Below are positions 8,429-16,484 of a DNA stretch of 32,006 nucleotides, in pieces. The notes beneath the pieces were generated by a model. The model saw only the letters and a list, made by a program, of their open reading frames with translations, made no database searches and was not told the DNA's origin. The stretch spans positions 1 through 32,006 of the forward strand of contig JAUUYJ010000001.1 in NCBI GenBank assembly GCA_030588275.1. The letters are read 5' to 3'. Made by a program: the position numbers and the translations under genes. The first letter of the stretch is position 1. Each line of letters opens with the position of its first letter. The stretch comes from Candidatus Zixiibacteriota bacterium (GTDB taxonomy: Bacteria; Zixibacteria; MSB-5A5; GN15; JAAZOE01).

Positions 8429-8672
8429 AGTGGCTGTAGGAGTGAAACGACGTACAGCCACTTACCCCTGAGCGTAGCGAACGGGGTTAGTGAAGGAACA
8501 AAGGCTGTAGGAGTGAAACGACGTACAGATATTTTATCCTTCGCCTCTGGCGGAGGGCTTACCCCCTTGTGCGGTAGATTATCCTATCCCCCTTGCGGTG
8601 GTCTTATCCCTGAGCGTAGCGGTCGCATACTCCGAATTGAGTTCTGAAAACCCCGAATGAGTTACAGCCACT
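8429..8672. repeat. Mosaic of short GC-rich hairpin-forming repeats (REP/MITE-like), related to a second locus at 22626-22749
   Basis: 26-nt GGCTGTAGGAGTGAAACGACGTACAG occurs twice (8432-8457, 8503-8528). A 10-bp perfect hairpin pairs AGTGGCTGTA (8429-8438) with TACAGCCACT (8453-8462). CTTA[C/T]CCCTGAGCGTAGCG occurs twice (8461-8479, 8603-8621). CTTACCCCCTTGTG (8558-8571) and GAGTTACAGCCACT (8659-8672) recur exactly near 22709-22734. Confidence 0.8.
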
Positions 8673-8759
8673 CCAATGTTCTGTTGGGTCTTGCTTGCCG
8701 ACGAGAAAATTCTCATTGGCATGTGTGATCCGACCACCCAACATTCACCCATTCCATGT

Positions 8760-8788
8760 TTGACACTAATTCTCAATTTCCGTAAACT
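8760..8788 (+). promoter_or_regulatory. Sigma70-type promoter TTGACA-N17-TAAACT placed 6 nt from the ruvX ATG
   Basis: TTGACA 8760-8765, 17-nt spacer, TAAACT 8783-8788, ATG at 8795. There is no SD in the 6-nt gap (taggcg). Confidence 0.45.
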
Positions 8789-8794
8789 TAGGCG

Positions 8795-9259
8795 ATGATT
8801 GAGAAACGATACATCGGAATAGATTATGGTGGACGACGGATCGGTTTGGCTCAATCGGATGTCATGGCGTTTCTGGCGACACCGGTTGAGACTTTAATCG
8901 TGGCTGGAATGGATGATGCGTTGGCTCAAGTGTCGGCCAGGATAGGGCAGTTTGATTTGCTCGGTGTTGTCCTGGGTTGGCCTTTGAATATGTCGGGGAG
9001 TTCATCGAAATTGACCGAGGAAGTGGAACTGTTTGCCACACGGTTGACCGATCTTATCGAGGTTCCGATTTATTTGGAGGATGAACGGTTGAGTTCGACA
9101 CAGGCCCGCTCAATCCTCCATACTCAGGGAAAAAAGACCAAAGGGAACAAACCGAAAATAGATCAGATGGCGGCCGCTCTGATATTGCAATCGTTTTTGG
9201 ATCGGCTGGCGACCGGCTGGTCCCCCAAGTCTTTCCAGCTGGATACAAATGATGAATGA
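8795..9259 (+). CDS. ruvX: Putative pre-16S rRNA nuclease / Holliday-junction resolvase-like YqgF (RuvX)
   Basis: 154 aa. N-terminal YIGIDYGGRRIGLAQSD is the YqgF signature. Also contains GWPLNMSGSSS and DERLSS motifs. Confidence 0.85.
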   Translation: MIEKRYIGIDYGGRRIGLAQSDVMAFLATPVETLIVAGMDDALAQVSARIGQFDLLGVVLGWPLNMSGSSSKLTEEVELFATRLTDLIEVPIYLEDERLSSTQARSILHTQGKKTKGNKPKIDQMAAALILQSFLDRLATGWSPKSFQLDTNDE

Positions 9260-9263
9260 TAAA

Positions 9264-9401
9264 ATGAATAATCTGCCGCGCCGTTATCGTCCCGGCTTGT
9301 GGGCTGGCCTGATTAATATTGGTTGGAGCTTTTTGCTGATTCTTTTGTGGCCAATTTCATATCTGTTCAGGCAGTTGGAAAGGATGCGCTCCGATGTTTA
9401 G
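9264..9401 (+). CDS. Possible 45-aa small membrane protein (below the ORF-track cutoff)
   Basis: MNNLPRRYRPGLWAGLINIGWSFLLILLWPISYLFRQLERMRSDV: Arg-rich N-terminus followed by one hydrophobic helix. It starts 5 nt after the ruvX stop, and its stop TAG (9399-9401) overlaps the mltG ATG (9394). No obvious SD. Confidence 0.25.
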   Translation: MNNLPRRYRPGLWAGLINIGWSFLLILLWPISYLFRQLERMRSDV

Positions 9402-10389
9402 GAATATTGGGAGGATTCTGAAAATTGTCCTGGCCTTGGTTTTGATATCAACTATTGCTCTGAGTTGGTGGCTGTTTGATAGTCATGAAATATATCCCGC
9501 ATCAGTTTTGGTCGATCATGGTCAGCCTTATTACCGCCTCGTTGTCGATCTGAGAGATCGCGGTATCGTCAATTCCCCCTGGTATTTTTCAAAAATTGGA
9601 GTCGTCATCGGCCTCGACGAGAGGTTGATTCCGGGGCGTTACGATTTTCCAAAGGAACTGTCTAACTACGATGTTATCAGAAAACTCTGGAAAGGTGAGG
9701 TGGCGGTGATGTCGGTTACCATTCCGGAAGGTTATAACATGAAACAGATCGGCCGGCTCTTGCACCAAAGGTGCGGGCTTGATCTTGAGATTTTTGACAG
9801 TCTTGTGCGTGATGCCTCGTTTTTGAGCCAGCTTGGTTTGCCTGAGCCAATTCCAACGGTGGCGGAAGGGTATCTGTACCCGGAAACGTATCGGTTTCAA
9901 TGGGGGATTTCAGCCGGTGATGCGATTCGGGAGATGACCCGGCAGTTGATTTATAATCTTGACCAAAGCATGATTGAGAGGGGGCGTCAGCTCGGCTATG
10001 ATGTCGCCGATATTTTAAAGATGGCTTCGATCATACAGAAAGAGGGTTGGGATGAAGATGAGTTTCCTCTGATCGGATCGGTCTATCGCAATCGGATTGA
10101 GATCGGGATGAAACTACAGGCCGACCCAACTGTGATTTATGGGATGGGAGGGCTTGATCGGCCGCTTCGTATCAAGGATTACCAATTCCCATCACTTTAC
10201 AACAGTTACCTGCATAAAGGGCTTCCTCCAACGCCGATCTGTTCCCCCGGAATGAGCGCAATCAAAGCGGCCCTTTATCCGGATGAGACCGATTACATAT
10301 ATTTTGTGGCGGATGGTAGCGGGCGGCATCTCTTTAACAAAACATATCAAGCCCATCTTGATGCGACACGAAAAATAAAAGGGCGGTAA
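9394..10389 (+). CDS. mltG: Endolytic murein transglycosylase MltG (YceG family)
   Basis: 331 aa. N-terminal TM ILKIVLALVLISTIALSWWLF. YceG motifs IPEGY, ASIIQKEG, SVYRNRIEIGMKLQADPTVIYG and YNSYLHKGLPPTPICSPG. Confidence 0.9.
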   Translation: MFRNIGRILKIVLALVLISTIALSWWLFDSHEIYPASVLVDHGQPYYRLVVDLRDRGIVNSPWYFSKIGVVIGLDERLIPGRYDFPKELSNYDVIRKLWKGEVAVMSVTIPEGYNMKQIGRLLHQRCGLDLEIFDSLVRDASFLSQLGLPEPIPTVAEGYLYPETYRFQWGISAGDAIREMTRQLIYNLDQSMIERGRQLGYDVADILKMASIIQKEGWDEDEFPLIGSVYRNRIEIGMKLQADPTVIYGMGGLDRPLRIKDYQFPSLYNSYLHKGLPPTPICSPGMSAIKAALYPDETDYIYFVADGSGRHLFNKTYQAHLDATRKIKGR

Positions 10390-10394
10390 ACGGT

Positions 10395-10964
10395 TTACCG
10401 ATTGAGTATTGATACCGTTGAAGCGGTGATCAAAATTTTGTCAGCCAATTCAGCGGAAAAATTTTCCACTATCTGAGTCCCAACACCATCAAGATATATC
10501 CCAAAGGCGGACGGCTTGGGAGATGAGAGGTTTAATAGTCCCATACGAATGCCATTGGCTGATAAGGGAACAACCAATAGCGACATCGTTTCTTGTGAAA
10601 GCAAGAGCTTCTTTTCGATGATGCTTTCGGAAAAGCGATCGGGAAAATTGTCGGCGACCGGATACCCCTGCTTTAAGACCTGATGGAGCGTACCCCGGTT
10701 GACCGGGATGGTTAAGGTCATGCCTGAGGAGATACTACGGTTACGATAAATGTGCGAGAGGTGAAGGTGATTGGAAGCTTCGTCGTAAATGGCTAGCGAA
10801 CTTTTGTCGATCGGGTAAAATCGACTCAGCTTTCCGATCAGCCGGAAGAGCATCGTTGAGATCTGTTTGTCCCCAAGTTTTTCTAAATCAATTGCAGTAT
10901 GTTTTACTCTGAGGCCGGGTAGATCGTCAAAACTGTTGAAGTCGTCAAAATCATATCGGCTCAT
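10395..10964 (-). CDS. Stand-alone GAF-like domain protein
   Basis: 189 aa, no TM. Shows a GAF-like pattern (SSLAIYDEASNHLHLSHIY...TLHQVLKQGYPV...SLLVVPLSANGIRMGLLNLSS). It is the last gene of the kinase-activator operon on the minus strand. The family call is by eye only. Confidence 0.55.
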   Translation of the reverse strand: MSRYDFDDFNSFDDLPGLRVKHTAIDLEKLGDKQISTMLFRLIGKLSRFYPIDKSSLAIYDEASNHLHLSHIYRNRSISSGMTLTIPVNRGTLHQVLKQGYPVADNFPDRFSESIIEKKLLLSQETMSLLVVPLSANGIRMGLLNLSSPKPSAFGIYLDGVGTQIVENFSAELADKILITASTVSILNR

Positions 10965-11033
10965 GGTTCTCTCCTGTTGTCCCCTGTCCTTATAAGTTTT
11001 TGTGTTTAAAAAATATTTTGGTTCTCTGCTTAG

Positions 11034-12542
11034 CTACGCTTCAACCGGTTGCCTCTCGGTTTCTCGAGCATGATCCGTTTCTGATACTTCAGGTGATACA
11101 GCCACCAATCGTGACCTAAATCTCTCCGGAGCCTTCCGGTTTTCTGTCTGATGAGGGTTATCATTAGCTGATATCCCGGAACTTGCCGGTTTTCCCTGCT
11201 TCAGGTCAAATTTCTTAATTTTGCGCCACAAGGTCGTTCTGCCAATCCCGAGACGGTTGGCGGTGATGGAGTAGTTCCAGTTATTCTCCTCAAGCGACCT
11301 GAGGATCTGTTGCCTTTGATTCTCTTTAAGCGATTGAGTTTTGATTCTTGCCTGACTCAAACGGGGTTCACCCACCCGGGCCGAGATAAATATGATATCC
11401 TCGTAACGGATTTGGTCCCTTCCGGAGAGGGCGGCGGCCCGCCTTAAAGTATTTTCCAGTTCTCTGATATTTCCAGGCCAATAATGACGAATCATCATTT
11501 CCAGACCGTCAGCCATCAGGGTCATATTGCCGCGGTTATACTCGTGCTGGATGCGCCTGAGAAAATAATCGACCAGAGGGGGAATGTCATCGGGGCGTTC
11601 TCTCAAGGGCGGGATATGGAGCGGCATAACATTGAGGCGATAATACAGATCTTCACGAAACTTCCCTTCCCGAACCTTGCGGTCGAGATCGACATTGGTC
11701 GCGGCAATAATTCTGACATCAACATTTTTAATCGTCGTTCCCCCGACCGGTCTGATCTCCCTTTCCTGAAGAACGCGCAACAGTTTGGCCTGAACGGAGT
11801 ACGGCAGGTCACCCACTTCGTCCAAAAATATCGTGCCTCCATCAGCCTCTTCAAAGAGACCCCGCTTGTTCGACGAAGCAGAGGTAAAAGCTCCCTTGAC
11901 ATGGCCAAACAGTTCTGATTCAATCAAATTTTCCGGAATAGCGGAGCAGTTTAGCGGGACCAGCGGTTTGTTGCGACGGTTGCTGTGGTGGTGGATCACT
12001 TTGGCAAAAAGCTCTTTTCCGGTGCCGGATTCGCCGGTGATAAGAACCGATATATCGGTAATGGCAATGCGACTGACCATCTTTTTGAGGTCGTCCATAA
12101 CTTTTGAATTTCCGATGATATTATCAAAGCCAAATCGTTGGGCCACTTCCTGACGGAGATACCGGACCTTGGTTTTGAGGTCGATCCGCTCCAAAGCTTT
12201 GTTAGCTTTGAAGATCATCTCTTCATTGTTAAACGGTTTGGTAATATAATCGGAGGCTCCGTTTTGAATAGCATCAACTGCTGATTCAACCGAACCATAA
12301 GCGGTCATAATAATAACTTCCGTTTCATGGTGCGTCTTTTTGACATGGACGAGCAGGTCAATGCCGGATTCGGTGCCGAGCCTGAGGTCGGTCAGGACCA
12401 GATCATAGATTTCGGCGTTCAGGTAGGTCATAGCGGTTGAGATATCTCCCGCCTCGGTGATGTCGTAGCCATGATTGGAAAAGAGGCGTGACAAACTCAT
12501 GCGCAGAACGGCATCATCTTCGACTAATAAAATAGATGGCAT
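11034..12542 (-). CDS. Sigma54-dependent response regulator (REC + AAA+ + HTH) with GAFTSA loop and ~60-aa disordered tail
   Basis: 502 aa. Receiver ILLVEDD...DLVLTDLRL...KPF. Walker A GESGTGKE. The loop reads GAFTSA instead of GAFTGA. Walker B GGTIFLDEVGD. HTH NYSITANRLGIGRTTLWRKIKK. The C-terminal tail is rich in P, S, E and R. Confidence 0.92.
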   Translation of the reverse strand: MPSILLVEDDAVLRMSLSRLFSNHGYDITEAGDISTAMTYLNAEIYDLVLTDLRLGTESGIDLLVHVKKTHHETEVIIMTAYGSVESAVDAIQNGASDYITKPFNNEEMIFKANKALERIDLKTKVRYLRQEVAQRFGFDNIIGNSKVMDDLKKMVSRIAITDISVLITGESGTGKELFAKVIHHHSNRRNKPLVPLNCSAIPENLIESELFGHVKGAFTSASSNKRGLFEEADGGTIFLDEVGDLPYSVQAKLLRVLQEREIRPVGGTTIKNVDVRIIAATNVDLDRKVREGKFREDLYYRLNVMPLHIPPLRERPDDIPPLVDYFLRRIQHEYNRGNMTLMADGLEMMIRHYWPGNIRELENTLRRAAALSGRDQIRYEDIIFISARVGEPRLSQARIKTQSLKENQRQQILRSLEENNWNYSITANRLGIGRTTLWRKIKKFDLKQGKPASSGISANDNPHQTENRKAPERFRSRLVAVSPEVSETDHARETERQPVEA

Positions 12543-12545
12543 ATC

Positions 12546-13316
12546 TTAAAATCCCCTGCCCTTGGCCGGTGTCGGCAAGGTTACGATAAAATTGACATTT
12601 CCAGTTTGATCGTTTTCAGCCAGTATCGTCCCGCCATGATCGGAAGCGATTCGGGCCGCAATCGACAGGCCGAGGCCGAGTTGGCCAGGGCGAGTTGAGT
12701 AAAACGGCAAAAATATAGACCGCAGAATTTCTGGTTTAATTCCCGGTCCGCTGTTTGAAATTGTAATTGTTGACTGGTGACCGTTTCTTTTGGTCGAAAT
12801 AGAGAGCTGGTCGTTTGCTGACATATTTTGCAGAGCATTGGTAATCAGGTTGCTCAGAAGGGTGCGGATCAGGTTCGGGTCAATTTCCCAATCGAGGGTC
12901 GGCTCCTCAAAATCGGTAATATAATTGATCGAAGAAAGGTTAAGATTCTCAAGTGCTCGGTCAGCCTCGACTCGACAGAGCTCGTTGATATTGATCTCTT
13001 CCAAACGAATCCGGGGTGGATCAACCAACTGTAAAAAACGATTGATCGTGCCATTAAGTTTACTGGAGGCTCCAATTATTGCCTCCAGCAGGTCCCGATC
13101 TTCGGGGAGAATAGAGGTTCGGCTCGATTCTGAAAGCTGGTCAGATGCGGTAACAATGACCGCCAGCGAATTTCTTAATTTATGCGAAAAATGACCCGAC
13201 AATTCGGCTAAGGATATCTTATCCGGACTGGATTGCCCCTCAACGATTGAACTCATCCTTGCTGTCGGTTCTTCCGGTGCAGATAAAAAGCTAATGGGGT
13301 ACTCCTCCTGTTTCAA
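12546..13316 (-). CDS. Soluble histidine kinase lacking a recognisable sensor domain
   Basis: 256 aa, no TM. H-box HFSHKLRNSL, N-box NLITNALQN, G1 SNSGPGI, G2 GQLGLGLSIA. The stop is 3 nt before the regulator ATG. The start is uncertain: TTG 13316 per the track, with ATG 13256 as an alternative. Confidence 0.8.
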   Translation of the reverse strand: MKQEEYPISFLSAPEEPTARMSSIVEGQSSPDKISLAELSGHFSHKLRNSLAVIVTASDQLSESSRTSILPEDRDLLEAIIGASSKLNGTINRFLQLVDPPRIRLEEININELCRVEADRALENLNLSSINYITDFEEPTLDWEIDPNLIRTLLSNLITNALQNMSANDQLSISTKRNGHQSTITISNSGPGIKPEILRSIFLPFYSTRPGQLGLGLSIAARIASDHGGTILAENDQTGNVNFIVTLPTPAKGRGF

Positions 13317-13608
13317 CTCGCAACATATTTGGTTTATCGGAAAAATAATGAAACACTTTAATGAAACATTCCGGTCATAGCGGATGCCAAACCGGCTGGT
13401 GGAATGATAATTTCTTTTGTTTAAACGAATTTTACTTGACTCCAGATGTTGTTTATGATAAGTATGCTTATGCAGATTTCAACGGAACAGACGGCTTCCA
13501 ATGCCGACCTGGGTCGGCTGAAATTGACTCCCTCTAAGAACGAACAAAGCACTCCCAAATCTAAAAAGAATAACATCATTTTCCGACAGAGATCAGGCCT
13601 CTTATAGT

Positions 13609-14337
13609 ATGACACAGGTTACCGCGATTATACCGGCCCGTTTACAAGGCCGCCGTTTTCCTCGGAAAGTTCTGTACCCGATAGACGGAAAGCCTATGAT
13701 TTACCATATCTGGAAAGCGGCTCATCGGGCCAAACTGATCAACCGTCTTTTTGTGGCGACCGACTCGGAGGAGATCGGCCAGGTTGTGAACGACTTTGGC
13801 GGAGCGGTTATTATGACATCAGCCCGCCCCCGAAACGGTTCTGAGCGGACCGCCGAAGCGGTTAGCGGGATGAAAACCGACCTGATCGTCAATATTCAGG
13901 GAGACAATTTGGGTCTGACCGGATCGCTTTTGGATCGGATAATTGGCAAAGTGGTAGCTGACAAAAAGGTGGAATTTGCCACCGTCGCAAGAAAAATCAG
14001 CGGTCGCGGCTGGAAAGATAAGCTGTATAACCCGAATGTGGTCAAAACGGTGTTTGACAATTCTGGTTACGCCGCTTGGTTTAGTCGCTATCCGATTCCT
14101 TTTGTGCAGAAGAAATCGCGCCGTTCTCCGGTCGCCTGTTTTGATTTTTGGGAGCATCTCGGCCTTTATTTTTATCGGCCCCGAGGTCTCAAAAAATATA
14201 CCGCCTGGCCGGTCGGTATGGCTGAAAAGGCGGAATCTTTGGAGCAGTTGCGTATTTTGGAAAATGGTGGAAAGATTAAGGTCTATCCGATTCGATCAAA
14301 GATTGTGTCGGTTGACCATAAAGATGACCTGCCTTGA
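13609..14337 (+). CDS. kdsB: 3-deoxy-manno-octulosonate cytidylyltransferase (CMP-KDO synthetase family)
   Basis: 242 aa. AIIPARLQGRRFPRKVLYPIDGKPMI, VATD, IVNIQGD, NPNVVK and LEQLRILENG align by eye with E. coli KdsB. The QGDEP motif reads QGDNL here. Confidence 0.8.
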   Translation: MTQVTAIIPARLQGRRFPRKVLYPIDGKPMIYHIWKAAHRAKLINRLFVATDSEEIGQVVNDFGGAVIMTSARPRNGSERTAEAVSGMKTDLIVNIQGDNLGLTGSLLDRIIGKVVADKKVEFATVARKISGRGWKDKLYNPNVVKTVFDNSGYAAWFSRYPIPFVQKKSRRSPVACFDFWEHLGLYFYRPRGLKKYTAWPVGMAEKAESLEQLRILENGGKIKVYPIRSKIVSVDHKDDLP

Positions 14338-14450
14338 AAATAGTAGAGCGGTCTCAAGCCGGTGGTGTGGGATAGAAAGAATCTATGTTCGTTAACGGTT
14401 TGCAGATTCTTTAAGTAGCATGAAAATTAATGGGTGTGAAATAATGATAG

Positions 14451-15188
14451 ATGGAGCCAAAAGTGAGTCAAGAGACGACTAAGTATGTGTTTATTACCGG
14501 CGGCGTGGTATCAGCCCTGGGAAAAGGAATTACCTCCGCATCACTTGCTATGCTACTCAAGCGGCGCGGACTGTCGGTCAATATAATTAAACTTGATCCG
14601 TACCTGAATGTCGATCCGGGGACGATGAACCCGTTCCAGCATGGTGAGGTGTTTGTGCTGGATGACGGTTCCGAAACCGATCTGGATTTGGGTCATTACG
14701 AGCGGTTCCTTATGGATCAGTCGATGTGCAAGGATAACAACGTCACGACCGGCCAGATATACCACAAAATCATCACGCGTGAAAGGCGGGGCGATTATCT
14801 GGGCGCGACGGTGCAGGTTATCCCGCATGTAACCGAGGAGATCAAGTCGTCGATCAAAAGGCTCGGGACAGTAAACGGTCATGTTGATATCATCATATGC
14901 GAAATCGGCGGGACGGTCGGCGATATTGAATCGTTACCTTTTTTGGAAGCGATTCGCCAGATGGCTCTGGAAAGTGGCGACAACGGATCACTCTTTATTC
15001 ATCTAACCTTGGTGCCCTACATTGAAGCGGCCGGTGAGCTTAAAACCAAACCGACGCAACATTCGGTCAAAGCGCTTCGCGAAATCGGAATTCAGCCACA
15101 AATATTGATGTGCCGTACGGTCAAAGAGCTGGAAGAATCGATTCGGAAAAAATCGGTCTGTTCTGTTCGGTTCCGGCCCGGAATGTGA
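14451..15188 (+). CDS. pyrG: CTP synthase, N-terminal synthetase fragment (gene interrupted by frameshift)
   Basis: [52 protein letters not shown] and [16 protein letters not shown] are CTP synthase motifs. The frame ends in a nonsense tail after ...SIRKK. GTG 14463, preceded by GGAG, is an alternative start. Confidence 0.9.
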   Translation: MEPKVSQETTKYVFITGGVVSALGKGITSASLAMLLKRRGLSVNIIKLDPYLNVDPGTMNPFQHGEVFVLDDGSETDLDLGHYERFLMDQSMCKDNNVTTGQIYHKIITRERRGDYLGATVQVIPHVTEEIKSSIKRLGTVNGHVDIIICEIGGTVGDIESLPFLEAIRQMALESGDNGSLFIHLTLVPYIEAAGELKTKPTQHSVKALREIGIQPQILMCRTVKELEESIRKKSVCSVRFRPGM

Positions 15189-16132
15189 TTGAGGCGATTG
15201 ATGTACCGACGATCTATGATGTTCCGCTTCGGCTTGAGGCGCAGGGCTTTTCCGATCTGGTCCTGAAGCATTTGGCTATTGATGCACCCCAGCACGATTT
15301 GACCGAATGGGAAGATTTGGTCTATCGGATCAAGAATCCGACTAACCGGGTCAAAATAGCAATCTGCGGAAAGTACGTCTATCTTAAAGATGCTTACAAA
15401 TCAATCATTGAAGCGTTTGCTCATGCCGGAGCGGAGAATTCGGCTCAGGTCGATCTCGTTTGGGTTTCGTCTGAGGATATCAAGCATGGAGGGGCAGATA
15501 AGTTTATGCATGATGTCGATGGTCTGCTGATTCCCGGTGGGTTTGGTGAGCGCGGGGTCGAAGGGAAAATCGAAACGATCCGGTTTGTTCGAGAAAACAA
15601 GATTCCATTTCTTGGCATCTGCCTCGGGATGCACTGTGCCGTAATTGAGTATGCTCGCAATGTTTGTGGCCTCAAGGATGCCCATAGCTATGAATTTTAT
15701 CGCGACCTGAAGTACCCGGTGATTCACCTTATGGCAGATCAGGAACAGATCACCGATCTGGGCGGTACGATGCGCTTGGGTGCTTATCCGGCTGACATTA
15801 CCAAACCAAGTAAAACCTACGATGCTTATGGAGAAGAAAAAATATCGGAACGGCATCGCCATCGGTATGAGCTCAACAATGATTATCGGGAAATGCTGAC
15901 ATCATCCGGGATGAAATTGATCGGTAAGTCACCCGATGGAAAATTAGTCGAGATCATCGAAATTGAGGATCATCCCTGGTTTGTGGCGGTCCAGTTCCAT
16001 CCGGAGCTAAAGTCCCGTCCGGTCAAGGCGCACCCATTGTTCCGCGATTTTATTGCCTCAGCGGTGGAATATAATAAAAGTAAAACGAGTAAACAGGCCG
16101 AAGCAAAACCGGCCAAAAACTCGATCGCCTGA
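15110..16132 (+). CDS. pyrG: CTP synthase, C-terminal part including glutamine amidotransferase domain (continuation in another frame)
   Basis: From residue ...[26 protein letters not shown] onward it matches PyrG. GATase motifs [17 protein letters not shown] and HRHRYE are present. The M at 15110 is not a real start; the true reading joins the upstream frame at the A-run 15147-15152. Confidence 0.9.
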   Translation: MPYGQRAGRIDSEKIGLFCSVPARNVIEAIDVPTIYDVPLRLEAQGFSDLVLKHLAIDAPQHDLTEWEDLVYRIKNPTNRVKIAICGKYVYLKDAYKSIIEAFAHAGAENSAQVDLVWVSSEDIKHGGADKFMHDVDGLLIPGGFGERGVEGKIETIRFVRENKIPFLGICLGMHCAVIEYARNVCGLKDAHSYEFYRDLKYPVIHLMADQEQITDLGGTMRLGAYPADITKPSKTYDAYGEEKISERHRHRYELNNDYREMLTSSGMKLIGKSPDGKLVEIIEIEDHPWFVAVQFHPELKSRPVKAHPLFRDFIASAVEYNKSKTSKQAEAKPAKNSIA

Positions 16133-16484
16133 GATTTTTTTGGATTGAGCGATTTGTAGAATAATATTTTGCTCTATATTGGTTTTTGTGAAATGTAGCC
16201 CTGACGAAATCTCGCAAATATGGTGCGGGATTTTTGTCTCTGAGAGATGATGTCACAGTCGATCAGATCCTTTATTAATATAAAAGCAACTTTTCGCAAC
16301 CGAGAGATGTCAAACGTGTACAAATAATATTGGAAACCGGTCTGATCGATAGCTTGCCGGATCGCCTTAGCGTTTGAGCCGGCCCAGCGAGTTAGAAATA
16401 TTCAGTAATTTATTGAATCGGGCCGGGCAATGACGTATCTTTAACACCGGACATTTCATAAATTGATTTAATAATAGTGGGGAA

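Noticed and set aside
8432-8528. CRISPR-like pattern: a 26-nt repeat occurring twice, separated by 45 nt
   Set aside because: Only two copies exist and the second loses the flanking stem. The 'spacer' itself is made of repeat words found elsewhere (8603-8621, 22700-22728). No cas genes or leader are present. It fits a REP/MITE-like mosaic better.
8429-8700. Retron msr/msd-like or integron attC-like hairpins
   Set aside because: No reverse transcriptase or integrase gene is nearby. No GTTRRRY core sites are present (GTTACGC does not fit).
8387-8854. Track ORFs 8387-8647 (+) and 8579-8854 (-) across the repeat block
   Set aside because: Their sequences are translations of the hairpin repeats and a terminator. 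They have no start context, and the second runs antisense into the ruvX promoter and start.
13609-14337. KdsB motif QGDEP reads QGDNL, hinting at a different sugar-nucleotide specificity
   Set aside because: The rest of the protein aligns with KdsB along its length, and a single motif change seen by eye is insufficient. It is noted only as a caveat on the annotation.
14437-14453. Extended -10-like TGaAATAAT located 5 nt before pyrG ATG 14451 (another leaderless candidate)
   Set aside because: A GGAG at 14453-14456 sits 6 nt before an in-frame GTG (14463). That start gives a normal PyrG N-terminus, so an SD-led GTG start is at least as likely.
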